From sequence record DRR723986_7087: a DNA stretch of 64,000 nucleotides. One strand, 5' to 3'. Positions within the stretch are counted from its first letter, which is position 1; each line of letters starts with the position of its first letter. The position numbers and the translations under genes were made by a program. The notes beneath the pieces are model-generated. The model had not been told where the DNA came from. It saw only the letters and a list, made by a program, of their open reading frames with translations, and did no database searches. This document shows positions 50,094-60,831 of the stretch, in pieces.

Positions 50094-51142
50094 TGAATCT
50101 GCTGCGAAACCCCGTCGCCCAAAAGCGCTGGCAGCGTTTCAAGCAATCCCGTCGAGGCTATATCTCCGCTTGGTTGTTGCTGGTGTTGACCACGCTCAGT
50201 TTTGGCGCGGAGCTGCTTGCCAACCATCGGCCACTGCTGGTGAGTTACCAGGGCGAGCTGTATTTCCCCACCTTTGGGGCACAGCACAGCGGCAAGGATT
50301 TTGGCCTGGACATCGACTACGAGCCGAATTACCGCGAACTACAGACGCAGTTTCGCGACGCCGACGAGGGCAATTGGGTGCTCATGCCCCCGATTCCCTA
50401 CGGCCCGTTGGAAAATGACCTGATAGCCGGGGATTTCCCACCTCACGCACCCTCGCTCACCACACGGCATTATCTGGGCACCGACACCAGCGGGCGCGAC
50501 GTCCTTGCCAGGCTGATATACGGCTTTCGTACTGCGATGCTATTCTCGCTTGTGCTATTGGTATTTAACTACGCTATTGGCGTCGCCATTGGCTGCATGA
50601 TGGGATATTGGGGTGGCGCCTTTGACTTATTTTTCCAGCGCATTATCGAAATTTGGTCCAATGTCCCCTTCCTGTACGTGATCATGATTGTCGCCTCCAT
50701 CATCACCCCGGGCTTCTGGACCCTGCTGTTCATTATGGCGTTCTTCGGCTGGACCGCCATGACCTGGTATATGCGTACCGCGACGTACAAGGAGGTCTCT
50801 CGGGATTACGTGATGGCAGCGCGTGCGCTCGGCGCCTCGGGTAGCCGTATTGTTTTCCGGCATATCCTGCCGAATAGCGTATCGACACTGATCACCTTTG
50901 TTCCCTTCTCCGTGGCGTCGGGTATCACCGCACTTACCGCCTTGGACTATTTAGGCTTTGGCCTTCCGGCGCCAACACCCAGCTGGGGAGAACTGCTCAA
51001 GCAGGGCACAGAAAACATGGAATCGCTGTGGCTGGTTGGCTCGGTAGTGGTGGCCATGACCCTAATATTGATGCTTGTTGCCTATGTCGGCGAGGCGATT
51101 CGCGATGCCTACGATCCACGAAAATTCAGTTTCTATGAATAA
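50093..51142 (+). CDS. yejE: Peptide ABC transporter permease (YejE-like)
   Basis: RWQRFKQSRRGY, LGTDTSGRDVLARLIYGFR and LDYLGFGLP..PSWGELL motifs. Confidence 0.85.
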   Translation: MNLLRNPVAQKRWQRFKQSRRGYISAWLLLVLTTLSFGAELLANHRPLLVSYQGELYFPTFGAQHSGKDFGLDIDYEPNYRELQTQFRDADEGNWVLMPPIPYGPLENDLIAGDFPPHAPSLTTRHYLGTDTSGRDVLARLIYGFRTAMLFSLVLLVFNYAIGVAIGCMMGYWGGAFDLFFQRIIEIWSNVPFLYVIMIVASIITPGFWTLLFIMAFFGWTAMTWYMRTATYKEVSRDYVMAARALGASGSRIVFRHILPNSVSTLITFVPFSVASGITALTALDYLGFGLPAPTPSWGELLKQGTENMESLWLVGSVVVAMTLILMLVAYVGEAIRDAYDPRKFSFYE

Positions 51143-52961
51143 ACGCCTCTCACAACTGCTGTTGTTATTCGTCGCGGCTTTCCCCTTATGGATTTACGCC
51201 GCCGAAGACGCCAAGCTACCCGACCAGTTGCCCGAGAATCTGTCCTGGCAAACCAACCTGAGCGACCCCATTTTCGCCAGCCCTGAAGCCAAACGCGGCG
51301 GCCGCTTTCGCAGCTTTATTACCACCTTTCCGCTCACGCTGCGTTTGGTAGGCCCCGACTCCAATGGCAGTTTTGCGAGCTATATGCGCGCCAACCATCT
51401 GGGACTGGTCGGCATACACCCGAACACGCTGAACCCCATACCGGAACTTGCCACGCACTGGGCGTTTGGCGACGACGGACACAGCCTCTACTACCGTTTA
51501 GACCCGGACGCTCGATGGTCCGACGGCAAACCCGTTACCGCCGATGACTATCTGTTTGCGCTGCAATTTATGCGCTCTAAATTCATATTGGCACCGTGGT
51601 ATAACAACCATTACAACACCGTGATCCTCGATGTCGTAAAGTATGACGACCACACGATTGGCATCCTCGGCAGTGTTGCCAAACCCCGCGATGAAATGCT
51701 GTTTGAATACAGCATTTCGCCGGTACCCGCCCATTTCCACAAACTGGATGAAAACTGGGTACGCGACTACAACTGGAAGATAGCGCCGAACACCGGCCCT
51801 TACGTTATCGACACCATTCGCAAGGGCAAATATATTGAGTTCCGCCGAAAGCAGGACTGGTGGGGGAATGACAAGCGTTACTTCCAGCACCGCTTCAACC
51901 CCGATTTTTTGCGTGTAAAACTCATACGGGACATCAATATCGCGTATCAGTACTTTCGCAAAGGCGAGCTGGATAGCTTCCCCCTGCTCATGCCGCGGCT
52001 GTGGCATAAAAAAGCCCAAGGGCGCATTTTTGAGCAGGGCTATGCGGGTAAAATCAAATTTTATAACAGCGTTCCCAGGCCGATTTCCGGGTTATTTCTC
52101 AACGAGGATGTCCCTCTGCTCAGCGACCGCAATGTTCGCTATGCCATTGCTCATGCCCTTAATATCGACAAAGTGATTAACACCGTGCTGCACGGTGACT
52201 ACGAACGCCTACAGACCGCCCACGAAGGCTATGGCGATTACAGCAACCCCGATATTCGCGCCCGCGAATTCGACTTAGACAAAGCCAACCGCCTGCTAAA
52301 TGCCGCCGGTTGGGACACCCGTGGTCCCGACGGTATACGGCAAAAAGACGGGCAGCGCCTGAGCATTCGCGTAACGTACTACAGCAGCGGCCACAACGAC
52401 CGCTTGGTGATCTTGGCACAGGAGGCGCGCAAAGCGGGTATAGAGCTGTCACTGCAACTTCTCGACCCCTCTGCCGCCTTCAAACAAATTCTGGAAAACA
52501 AACATCAAGCGGCTTGGATGGCGTGGTCAGGCGGCGGCTTGTCGCCACGCTATTGGCAGTTCTACCACTCGGACAACGCCCACAAGCCCCAAACAAACAA
52601 TGTGACCAACACCGACAACCCGGAAATCGACGCAAAAATCGATGCCTATCGCGCAGCCACAGACAAGGCCAGCCGGGTCAAATTAGCACGCGAATTGGAA
52701 CAACGGGTGTTCGAGCAGGGCTCATTTATCCCGACTTTTAAAGTGCCTTACACCCGCGAAGCATTCTGGCGCTGGCTAAAACTGCCGGACTTTCACGGTA
52801 CTCGCAGCACCGACAGTCTATTCGATCCGCTGGGCAGCACAGGCGGCCTATTCTGGATCGACAGTGATGAACAGCAGCGCGTTGACGAGGCCAAATCCCG
52901 CAATAAGGCCCTGGATCCAGTCATGATTGTGAACAAACGCTGGGCAACTGGCGATGAATGA
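51135..52961 (+). CDS. Peptide ABC transporter substrate-binding protein (family 5, YejA-like)
   Basis: Signal peptide from ATG 51135; PEAKRGG and ARWSDGKPVTADD motifs. Confidence 0.88.
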   Translation: MNKRLSQLLLLFVAAFPLWIYAAEDAKLPDQLPENLSWQTNLSDPIFASPEAKRGGRFRSFITTFPLTLRLVGPDSNGSFASYMRANHLGLVGIHPNTLNPIPELATHWAFGDDGHSLYYRLDPDARWSDGKPVTADDYLFALQFMRSKFILAPWYNNHYNTVILDVVKYDDHTIGILGSVAKPRDEMLFEYSISPVPAHFHKLDENWVRDYNWKIAPNTGPYVIDTIRKGKYIEFRRKQDWWGNDKRYFQHRFNPDFLRVKLIRDINIAYQYFRKGELDSFPLLMPRLWHKKAQGRIFEQGYAGKIKFYNSVPRPISGLFLNEDVPLLSDRNVRYAIAHALNIDKVINTVLHGDYERLQTAHEGYGDYSNPDIRAREFDLDKANRLLNAAGWDTRGPDGIRQKDGQRLSIRVTYYSSGHNDRLVILAQEARKAGIELSLQLLDPSAAFKQILENKHQAAWMAWSGGGLSPRYWQFYHSDNAHKPQTNNVTNTDNPEIDAKIDAYRAATDKASRVKLARELEQRVFEQGSFIPTFKVPYTREAFWRWLKLPDFHGTRSTDSLFDPLGSTGGLFWIDSDEQQRVDEAKSRNKALDPVMIVNKRWATGDE

Positions 52962-53946
52962 GTCAGCCGTTATCCGCGCAGATAAGCTCTGCATCAGTAT
53001 TACCGACGATGCCGGTCGGCAGCATCAACTGGTCAACCAACTGAGCTTGCAGATTTTCCCCGGCGAAACACTCGGGCTGGTCGGCGAATCAGGCTGCGGC
53101 AAGAGCCTTACCGCCATGTCGCTGATGGGCCTGCTACCCCGGCCCCAGGCGGAGATCTCCGGCGGGCGAATTCACTACCGCGGCAGCGAAATCGACTGCC
53201 GCGATGCACAGGCCTTCCGGTCACTGCGCAGTCGCGATATCGCGGTTATTTTCCAGGACCCGATGACCGCCCTGAACCCGGTACACACGATCGCACAACA
53301 AATTGGCGAAACACTGCGCTTGCACTGCCCTGAACTCAGCCGAAAACAGCGACGCGAACGCTGTATTGCGCTGTTGCAAGACGTTGGGATGCCCGCCGCT
53401 GAGCAGCGGCTTTCCAGCTACCCCCATCAACTCTCTGGCGGCATGCGCCAGCGCGTGATGATTGCCATGGCACTGGCCGGCGAGCCCAAACTGCTTATCG
53501 CCGATGAGCCGACCACCGCGCTGGATGTCACCATTCAAGCGCAAATACTCCAGCTCCTTAAAACCCTGCAACAAAAACGCGATATGGCAATGCTGTTTAT
53601 CACCCATGACCTCGCACTGGTTTCTCAGCTGGCCGATCGCGTGGCAGTGATGTATGCCGGGGAAATTGTTGAGCAAAATCGTGCCGCAGCGCTCTTTGCC
53701 AACCCCAGGCATCCGTATACAAAAGGCCTGTTAGCCGCACTGCCCGCGAAAGCCGCAGCGCCGAAGAGCCGTTTAAACGCGCTGGGTGGTCAGGTGCCCA
53801 GTATTGACGCCATGCCGCCAGGCTGCCGCTTCGCCAATCGCTGCGACCATGCAACGCCGCTGTGCCAGCAAAGCGCTCCACCTATGACGCCGCGAGACAA
53901 TGGCGCAGAGATTGCCTGTCACCACTGGAGGGTAATTGATGACTGA
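52954..53946 (+). CDS. Oligopeptide ABC transporter ATP-binding protein (OppD/DppD-like)
   Basis: [18 protein letters not shown] and LSGGMRQR; C-terminal GCRF..RC Cys tail. Confidence 0.92.
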   Translation: MNESAVIRADKLCISITDDAGRQHQLVNQLSLQIFPGETLGLVGESGCGKSLTAMSLMGLLPRPQAEISGGRIHYRGSEIDCRDAQAFRSLRSRDIAVIFQDPMTALNPVHTIAQQIGETLRLHCPELSRKQRRERCIALLQDVGMPAAEQRLSSYPHQLSGGMRQRVMIAMALAGEPKLLIADEPTTALDVTIQAQILQLLKTLQQKRDMAMLFITHDLALVSQLADRVAVMYAGEIVEQNRAAALFANPRHPYTKGLLAALPAKAAAPKSRLNALGGQVPSIDAMPPGCRFANRCDHATPLCQQSAPPMTPRDNGAEIACHHWRVIDD

Positions 53947-54922
53947 AGCACTGCTACGGGCCGAAAACCTATCACTGCACTTCCCTCAGTCTCAGGGCTT
54001 CCTAAAACCAAAACTGCTACTGCGCGCAGTGGACGGCGTTAGCTTCGCTTTGCAGCCAGGTGAGACGTTAGGGTTGGTTGGGGAGTCCGGCTGCGGCAAA
54101 AGCAGTCTGGGTAAAGCACTTCTCAACCTGCACCGCCCTACCTCCGGCACTGTAGAGTTCGAGGGCCGGGATATTACTGGCCTCAGCGCTACGCAAATGC
54201 GCCCGCTGCGACGCGATATGCAGATGGTGTTTCAAGACCCGTTCGAGTCCTTGAACAGCCGTCACACGGTGGCAACAATTCTTGAAGAGCCGCTGATCAT
54301 CCACCGCTTGGGCAGCAGCAGTTGGCGTCGTCGCCGCGTCAACGAATTACTCGAACTCGTTGGCCTTCCGGCCTCTGCACTCGGTAAATACCCCCACGAA
54401 TTTAGCGGCGGTCAGCGCCAGCGCATTGGTATTGCGCGCGCCATTGCCCTGGAGCCCAAACTGCTGATCTGCGATGAAGCCGTTTCTGCGCTCGACGTCT
54501 CAGTGCAGGCGCAAATTTTGAATCTGCTATTGGACATACAGCAACGGCTGTCACTGGCGATGCTGTTCATTTCTCACGACATCTCCGTTGTCAAACACAT
54601 GAGCGACCGCATCGCGGTGATGTACCTGGGAGAGTTAGTAGAAATCGGTGATGCCCGGTCGCTGTGCGAGCGCCCCGCCCATCCCTACACCCGCGCCCTG
54701 CTTTCTGCAGTACCACAACTGGCCAGCCCGACGCTGCCCCAAGCTGCCCTAAGCGGCGATATGCCATCCCCTATGGCAATGCCCGAGGGCTGCCGCTTTG
54801 CCGGGCGCTGCCCCCACCAACGCGCCGAGTGTCTCACGCAGCCGCCGCGTTTGGAAAAGCGTCACGACGGCCGGGAAATTGCGTGCCACTTCTGGCGGGA
54901 AATTCCCGATGATTTACCGTAA
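53939..54922 (+). CDS. Oligopeptide ABC transporter ATP-binding protein (OppF/DppF-like)
   Basis: [29 protein letters not shown] and HPYTRALL motifs. Confidence 0.92.
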   Translation: MTEALLRAENLSLHFPQSQGFLKPKLLLRAVDGVSFALQPGETLGLVGESGCGKSSLGKALLNLHRPTSGTVEFEGRDITGLSATQMRPLRRDMQMVFQDPFESLNSRHTVATILEEPLIIHRLGSSSWRRRRVNELLELVGLPASALGKYPHEFSGGQRQRIGIARAIALEPKLLICDEAVSALDVSVQAQILNLLLDIQQRLSLAMLFISHDISVVKHMSDRIAVMYLGELVEIGDARSLCERPAHPYTRALLSAVPQLASPTLPQAALSGDMPSPMAMPEGCRFAGRCPHQRAECLTQPPRLEKRHDGREIACHFWREIPDDLP

Positions 54923-54955
54923 ACTAGCCAGCAAAACTGATCTCGGATAATCGTC

Positions 54956-56056
54956 GTGCGCAGCAATCCCCACGCTAAAAGAGACCCCGTGCCGCTGAAA
55001 TATGCCCGCAGCATGCTGCAGGTTGCCGAAGCGCAGGGCTACAACGGTGCCGAACTCCTCAGGTCTTTACAGTTGCCGATAGACCCGCTGTCTCCCAGCG
55101 CGGACCTGGACTCGCCCATTGACGCCCAGTATTACTCGCAGATTTATCGCCGCGTTATGTGGCTGCTGCAAGATGAGTCCTTTGGTTTGGGCCTTCGTCA
55201 GCGAACGCCAGCCGGCAGCTTTCGCATGCTGTCACTGTTTATCATCCACTGTGAAACACTGGAACAAGCACTGCGTCGCGCCGCCGAATTTATCGTGTTT
55301 TGCAGAACCTTGAGCGACGTTCCCAGCGCGGCGCGCCGGCCAGTGGAGCGCCTCGGCGACGGTACCGCCTTTTACCGCTTCCCCAGCGACGTGGAACTGG
55401 CAGAAAGTGATGACACCATTGACCAGCGCTATACCATGGCACACACCATGGCGATCTGGCGCCGCTTCTGCCAGTGGCTTATCGGTAAACCGCTCGAGTT
55501 GATTGCCGTGCACATGCAGGCCAGCGCACCCGACAACCCCGAGTACTTTGAGCACTTGTTTAACTGCGAAATTCACTACGGCCGTGAACACAACGCCTTC
55601 TTATTGGCCGAACACTGCCTGGACTGCCCGTTGATTCACACGGAGGAATCACTGCGCAAATTCCTTCGCGATGCCCCCTACCACCTGCTGGTATCGCAAG
55701 ACGATGACGACAGCTCTCTGCTGTCACAAATGAAGCGCATCGTCGGCAACGATCTCAGCCACGAATTCCCCAGTGTGGTGACAATGGCAGAGAACCTGAA
55801 TATGTCGGTGCGCACCCTGCGCCGCCGTCTCAAAGATTTGGGAACCACCTATCAGCAATTCAAGGACGAGCTACGCAAGGAGCACGCTCTGCGTTGGCTC
55901 AATCAGCCCGAGCTGAAAATCAATGCCGTGTCAGCACTATTGGGCTTCGATGAACCCAGTGCTTTTCACCGCTCCTTTAAAAAATGGACCGGCATGACAC
56001 CCGGCGAATATCGCGCCAGCCGGCAGTCACCCCACTCCGCCGAGAAATCCGCCTAA
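54956..56056 (+). CDS. AraC family transcriptional regulator
   Basis: C-terminal MSVRTLRRRL...LGFDEPSAFHRSFKKWTGMTPGEYR. Confidence 0.92.
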   Translation: MRSNPHAKRDPVPLKYARSMLQVAEAQGYNGAELLRSLQLPIDPLSPSADLDSPIDAQYYSQIYRRVMWLLQDESFGLGLRQRTPAGSFRMLSLFIIHCETLEQALRRAAEFIVFCRTLSDVPSAARRPVERLGDGTAFYRFPSDVELAESDDTIDQRYTMAHTMAIWRRFCQWLIGKPLELIAVHMQASAPDNPEYFEHLFNCEIHYGREHNAFLLAEHCLDCPLIHTEESLRKFLRDAPYHLLVSQDDDDSSLLSQMKRIVGNDLSHEFPSVVTMAENLNMSVRTLRRRLKDLGTTYQQFKDELRKEHALRWLNQPELKINAVSALLGFDEPSAFHRSFKKWTGMTPGEYRASRQSPHSAEKSA

Positions 56057-56946
56057 TGAGCCAGTACGACGAGATTGCAAAGAGCCTTCACTTGGCCTCC
56101 CAACACCGTGGTTTGACTGCGGCGCAGCGGCCAATTCCCAGCCAGTTGCCCCATCATGAACGCCACAGCCTTCGCAAACTGCCCTTTGAACAGGCGCATA
56201 ATTTTCGCGACCTCGGCGGCTATAAAAATCGCGATGGTCAGCAACTTAAATGGGGCATGATTTATCGCACCGACAAGCTGTCATCACTCAGCGAGGAAGA
56301 CCAGCGTTACTTGCAGAGGCTGGAGGTAAAGCGGATCGTCGACTTTAGATCAGATGAAGAACGCCTGTCAGCACCCCATGCACTGGCCAGCGGTTACGCG
56401 GTTCGGGTCGATGCCATGCCCATTACCGTCGATGCGGCACAAATTGAACTGGTCACCGCGCGCCTGCAACAGGAAGATGTCAGCGCCGATGATATGGCGG
56501 CTTTTCTGGTAGACGCCAATCGCGAGATGGTGGTGCGCTACACACCCGTTTATCGTCAGTGGATGCACTCCCTTTTAGAACAGGACCACTACCCCCAGCT
56601 CTTCCACTGCACCGCAGGAAAAGATCGAACCGGCCTTGCCGCCGCGCTACTGCTTCACGCCCTGGACGTCCCCGACGATACGATAATGGAGGACTACCTG
56701 GCGACCAATCACTACACGGCGGAGCGCATCGACCAGGTGATCGAGCAGATTTCCCAAATGGACATGTTAACCGCCGACGAAGCGGTAATTCGCACCTTAT
56801 TTCATGTTCAGCCACAGTTTATTAACGCCGCCTTTGAGGCGATCGATGAGCACTACGGCAGCTTGGCGGATTACTTTGAGCATGGCCTAAAACTCGACGC
56901 GCTGGCACGTCAGCAGCTTCGCGAGCTTTTACTCGAAGACGGCTAA
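56056..56946 (+). CDS. Tyrosine-protein phosphatase-like protein (PtpB/LipA family)
   Basis: NFRDLGGY, VDFRS, HCTAGKDRTG P-loop and DYLATN; TAATG coupling to araC. Confidence 0.9.
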   Translation: MSQYDEIAKSLHLASQHRGLTAAQRPIPSQLPHHERHSLRKLPFEQAHNFRDLGGYKNRDGQQLKWGMIYRTDKLSSLSEEDQRYLQRLEVKRIVDFRSDEERLSAPHALASGYAVRVDAMPITVDAAQIELVTARLQQEDVSADDMAAFLVDANREMVVRYTPVYRQWMHSLLEQDHYPQLFHCTAGKDRTGLAAALLLHALDVPDDTIMEDYLATNHYTAERIDQVIEQISQMDMLTADEAVIRTLFHVQPQFINAAFEAIDEHYGSLADYFEHGLKLDALARQQLRELLLEDG

Positions 56947-56950
56947 ACCT

Positions 56951-58069
56951 TTGAACACCACCACTCTGGAAAGTCCTTTCGGCGAACTCACCCTGCAGCG
57001 CCGGCCCCGCCGTCGCAACGAAGTACTTCAGGCCTGGGATGCCGCCGACCGCTACCTGCTCAATTATCTTGCCGAAAACCCTCCGCCACAGGGCAGTCGC
57101 CTACTGCTCGTGAACGATGCCTTTGGCTGTCTCGCTGCCGCGCTGTCGGACTATGAGTGTATTTCTTGGTCAGACTCGGCGGTTGCCCACCGCGCATGCC
57201 TTGAAAATTGCGCGGCAAACCAACGCCGTGCGCCCGTGCTGCTGAGCAGCTGCGAGGCACCCACAGGCAGCTTCGATCGCATTATCTATCGCTTGCCACG
57301 CAACCACAGTTACCTGCGCTATCAGCTCCAGCACATCGCTGAGCTGCTGCGCTCACCCGACGTATTTATTGGCGCCTGCATGGCCAAGTACTTGGACAGC
57401 TCAAGCATGGCGGTGTTTTCAGAAAGCATTGGCGAGGCTGCAGCCAGCCTGGCATGGAAAAAAGCCCGCCTGATACACCTGCAATCACTCAGCCCCGGCG
57501 CGGCCGTAGACGACTCGCTAGCACTAGACAGCAGCGAACTGGGCATTTCACTCAACAATCGCGCCAATGTTTTTTCCCGGGGCAAGTTAGACAGGGGTAG
57601 CCGCTTGCTGCTCAATGCGTTGGGAGACCTTCACACGCCATACTCACTGGCGGACTTGGGTTGTGGCAATGGCCTGCTGGGCATTATGGCGGGAAAGCGT
57701 TGGCCCGAGGCGGCGCTGCATTTTTTCGATGAATCCTATATGGCAATAGACAGCGCCAGGCACAATGTGCGCGATAACCTGCCGGGCGCCGCTGCCCAGT
57801 TTTATGCCCGCGATTGCATGCACGGTTACGACGGCGCCCTATTTGACACCATCGTTTGTAACCCGCCGTTCCACCAAGAGCAGCAGCTGGGGGATCACAT
57901 CGCGCGCCAGATGTTCTCAGACAGCCATGCGCATTTGGCACCGGGCGGCCAATTCTGCGTTGTGGGGAACCGTCATCTCGACTACCACAAATTATTAAAG
58001 AAGCGCTTTGGCAACTGTGAGGTGCTGCGCTCGGACGCGAAGTTTGTCGTCTTGCTAGCGCAGAAATAG
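56951..58069 (+). CDS. rlmG: 23S rRNA m2G1835 methyltransferase
   Basis: LQAWDAAD, NDAFG, VFSRGKLD.GSR, DLGCGNG, CNPPFHQ and GNRHL motifs. Confidence 0.88.
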   Translation: MNTTTLESPFGELTLQRRPRRRNEVLQAWDAADRYLLNYLAENPPPQGSRLLLVNDAFGCLAAALSDYECISWSDSAVAHRACLENCAANQRRAPVLLSSCEAPTGSFDRIIYRLPRNHSYLRYQLQHIAELLRSPDVFIGACMAKYLDSSSMAVFSESIGEAAASLAWKKARLIHLQSLSPGAAVDDSLALDSSELGISLNNRANVFSRGKLDRGSRLLLNALGDLHTPYSLADLGCGNGLLGIMAGKRWPEAALHFFDESYMAIDSARHNVRDNLPGAAAQFYARDCMHGYDGALFDTIVCNPPFHQEQQLGDHIARQMFSDSHAHLAPGGQFCVVGNRHLDYHKLLKKRFGNCEVLRSDAKFVVLLAQK

Positions 58070-58145
58070 CGGCCCACCAAATGGGTGATGCTGCGCTCCG
58101 GTGCAGCATGCTACTTTGACGGCTCTGTTATTTATTGAGCTGTTT

Positions 58146-58625
58146 ATGTCTATTCACGTAGTGTTTGTTTGCCTGGGGAATATCTGCCGTTCGCCTGCGG
58201 CCCAGGGTATTCTCGAATATAAAGTCGCCGAGGCCGGGCTTAGCGAGCATATTTCAGTGGACTCCTGTGGCACCGCAGCCTTTAACATTGGCAAGGCGCC
58301 CGACCCACGCTCCATTCAGGCCGCTGAAAAAGCGGGCTACGATATTTCCCAACAGATCGCGCGGCAAATATGCGATGACGACTACCATCGCAGTCACTAC
58401 GTCATTGTGATGGACCGCAAAAATCTCAGTAATGTTGAGGCCTGGGCACCCGCGGACTTTAACGGGGAGATCAACCTACTGCTTCACTATCAGAGCAACG
58501 GCGGTAACAGCCAGATTCCCGACCCCTTTTATGACGACGCCGAACAGTTCGACCATGTCATACGTACGCTGGAAAACGCCATAGACGCCTTACTGAGTCA
58601 CATTCGTCAGCAGCACCAACTTTAG
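58146..58625 (+). CDS. Low-molecular-weight protein-tyrosine phosphatase
   Basis: FVCLGNICRSP and IPDPFY motifs; start set at ATG 58146. Confidence 0.92.
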   Translation: MSIHVVFVCLGNICRSPAAQGILEYKVAEAGLSEHISVDSCGTAAFNIGKAPDPRSIQAAEKAGYDISQQIARQICDDDYHRSHYVIVMDRKNLSNVEAWAPADFNGEINLLLHYQSNGGNSQIPDPFYDDAEQFDHVIRTLENAIDALLSHIRQQHQL

Positions 58626-58669
58626 CGCGTCACGCCCCAAATAATAATCAAATACGGCAGGAACCTACT

Positions 58670-59536
58670 GTGAAATTCGTTCTCTCTTCGTCTTTTTGCC
58701 CCTTGAAAGAACTCCGTGAACTCGCCATCGCCGCCGATGAAAGCGGCTGGGAAGCCATGTCGTTTTCCGACCACGTGGTCAATCCCGAAACATTGAGTCA
58801 CGACTATCCCTATACAGAAGATGGCGAGCGCCGCTGGCAGCCTTTCACCGATTGGCCAGACCCTTGGGTAATGATTGCCGCTCTGGCGGCGGTGACCGAA
58901 AACCTTAAATTCACCAACAATATTTTTGTGCTGCCGATGCGCAACCCGTTTCTCGTTGCCAAGGCGATTAGCACCGCGGCTATCGTTTCAGATAATCGCG
59001 TCATTCCCGCGATCGGTGTCGGCTGGTCTAAGGATGAGTTCGGGCTGTTGCAACAGGACTTTCATACTCGCGGAAAACGCGCCGATGAAATGCTGGAAAT
59101 ATTGCCGCTGCTATGGAGCGGTGAGATGGTGAGTTACGAGGGACAGTTCTACCAATTTCCCCGTTTAGAAATGAACCCGGCGCCCACTGAGCTGCCGCCG
59201 ATCTGGGTGGGCGGCATCAGTAAGGCTGCCATGCGTCGCGCGGCCCGCCACGACGGTTGGGTGAGCGATTTACAAACCAGCGACGAAATCATCGACTCCG
59301 TCAAACTGATTCGCCGCTACCGTGAAGAGCAGGGATTCGACCCCGAGCAGTTCTCAGTGATGGCGACCCCGTCAGACGCCTTTACCCCCGATGCCTACCG
59401 CAAACTCGAAGACAATGGCATTACCCATATCCTGACTCAACCCTGGCCGTTCTACCATGGCAACACCGACGACCCGGTGAAAAAACGCGACGGCGTGCTG
59501 CGCTATGCCCAGGACATTATTGCAAAAATGGCCTAG
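58670..59536 (+). CDS. LLM-class (luciferase-like) oxidoreductase, Rv2161c-like
   Basis: SDHVV.P, DPWVMIAALAAVT, LPMRNPF.VAK, GVGWSKDEF and PIWVGG motifs. Confidence 0.85.
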   Translation: MKFVLSSSFCPLKELRELAIAADESGWEAMSFSDHVVNPETLSHDYPYTEDGERRWQPFTDWPDPWVMIAALAAVTENLKFTNNIFVLPMRNPFLVAKAISTAAIVSDNRVIPAIGVGWSKDEFGLLQQDFHTRGKRADEMLEILPLLWSGEMVSYEGQFYQFPRLEMNPAPTELPPIWVGGISKAAMRRAARHDGWVSDLQTSDEIIDSVKLIRRYREEQGFDPEQFSVMATPSDAFTPDAYRKLEDNGITHILTQPWPFYHGNTDDPVKKRDGVLRYAQDIIAKMA

Positions 59537-60831
59537 CGCTCCAGCAAAATCAGCGACTCCATATGGTGGGTATGCGGGAACATATCTACCATCGCCGCTT
59601 TTTTGATCTCGAAGCCCGCCTCACACAAAATTGCGAGATCGCGGGCCAAGGTCGCGGGGTCACACGACACATACACCACCCTGCGCATCGAGGGTGAGCC
59701 AGCAATGGCTTCGCACACTGCCCTGGCGCCCGCCCTTGGAGGATCCAATAAGGCGGCGCTGGCCTGGCGAAGCGGAATCTGCGCCGAATCAAACAGGTCG
59801 GCGCAGGCAAACTCAATGGCTAATGCCTGCTCCTGCGTCCGCTGCCGCGCCCGCGCTAACATCTCCTCGCCGGCATCGACCGCGAGCACTGAGGCGCCCG
59901 ACTGGGCAAGGGGGAAGCTGAAGTTGCCCAGCCCACAGAAATAATCGACGACGAATTCCCCGGCCTGCGCGTCCAACCACGCTACACTGCGCTCGACCAG
60001 ATGCGTATTCAGCTCGCGGTTAGCCTGGGTGAAGTCAGTCGGCGTAAAGTACAAGGCATGGGAAACCGAGCTGCTGTAGCGAAGCGGCTCGCAATCATTT
60101 ACCAAGATTCCGTCCGAACTACGTACCTGATACAGCTGCACCGCTGGTAATAAGGCGTTTGCTAACGATTCGCTCCACTCTCTGCTTCTGCGGCGACTGT
60201 CCTCAACGGCCAAACCGACTCTGCCGCCCTCTCCCAGGCTAAAAAGCAATTCGGCCTGGTGGCTCTGTTTTAACGCGCGCAACAAGGGCTCGCGAACGGC
60301 GGCAATTGCCGCATTCAGCGCTGGCTCTAACACTGAACAGGCTGCCGTATCGACAATATGGTGGGTTGCCGCAGCCTTGAACCCCAGGTGCCCCGCGCGG
60401 TATGACAAGCGCGCTCGGTGGCGGTAAGCCTCTGGCGGCCCAGCCATTACCTCTACATCAACGCACTCATCAATGATCGCTGACAGGCGTGAACGCTTAT
60501 GCTCAACTTGCTCGGGATATGCCAAATGCTGGAGCTGACACCCCCCGCACTGCCCGTACTGCGAACACGGCGGTTCGACTCGATACCCGGACGCCGCCAA
60601 CAGCTGGACACTCTCTGCTTCATCGAAGCGCTTGTGGCGCTTGAGCACGCGCGCCTGCACACGCTCGCCAGGCAGTGCACCGAGCACAAACACCACCTTG
60701 TTGTTATGATGGGCGATGCCTCTGCCGTCATCGGCCAAGCGTTCAATGTGCAACTCAAACACGCCCTTATCGGCAGGCGTTGCGCGTTTAGCGCGAGCAT
60801 TGCGCTTCGAAGGTTTGAAAATCGTCGCCAT
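59533..60831 (-). CDS. rlmD: 23S rRNA m5U1939 methyltransferase
   Basis: TRAM domain; PPC..YGQCGGCQLQH Fe-S motif; DPPRAG, YVSCDPATLARD and DMFPHT motifs. Confidence 0.9.
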   Translation of the reverse strand: MATIFKPSKRNARAKRATPADKGVFELHIERLADDGRGIAHHNNKVVFVLGALPGERVQARVLKRHKRFDEAESVQLLAASGYRVEPPCSQYGQCGGCQLQHLAYPEQVEHKRSRLSAIIDECVDVEVMAGPPEAYRHRARLSYRAGHLGFKAAATHHIVDTAACSVLEPALNAAIAAVREPLLRALKQSHQAELLFSLGEGGRVGLAVEDSRRRSREWSESLANALLPAVQLYQVRSSDGILVNDCEPLRYSSSVSHALYFTPTDFTQANRELNTHLVERSVAWLDAQAGEFVVDYFCGLGNFSFPLAQSGASVLAVDAGEEMLARARQRTQEQALAIEFACADLFDSAQIPLRQASAALLDPPRAGARAVCEAIAGSPSMRRVVYVSCDPATLARDLAILCEAGFEIKKAAMVDMFPHTHHMESLILLER

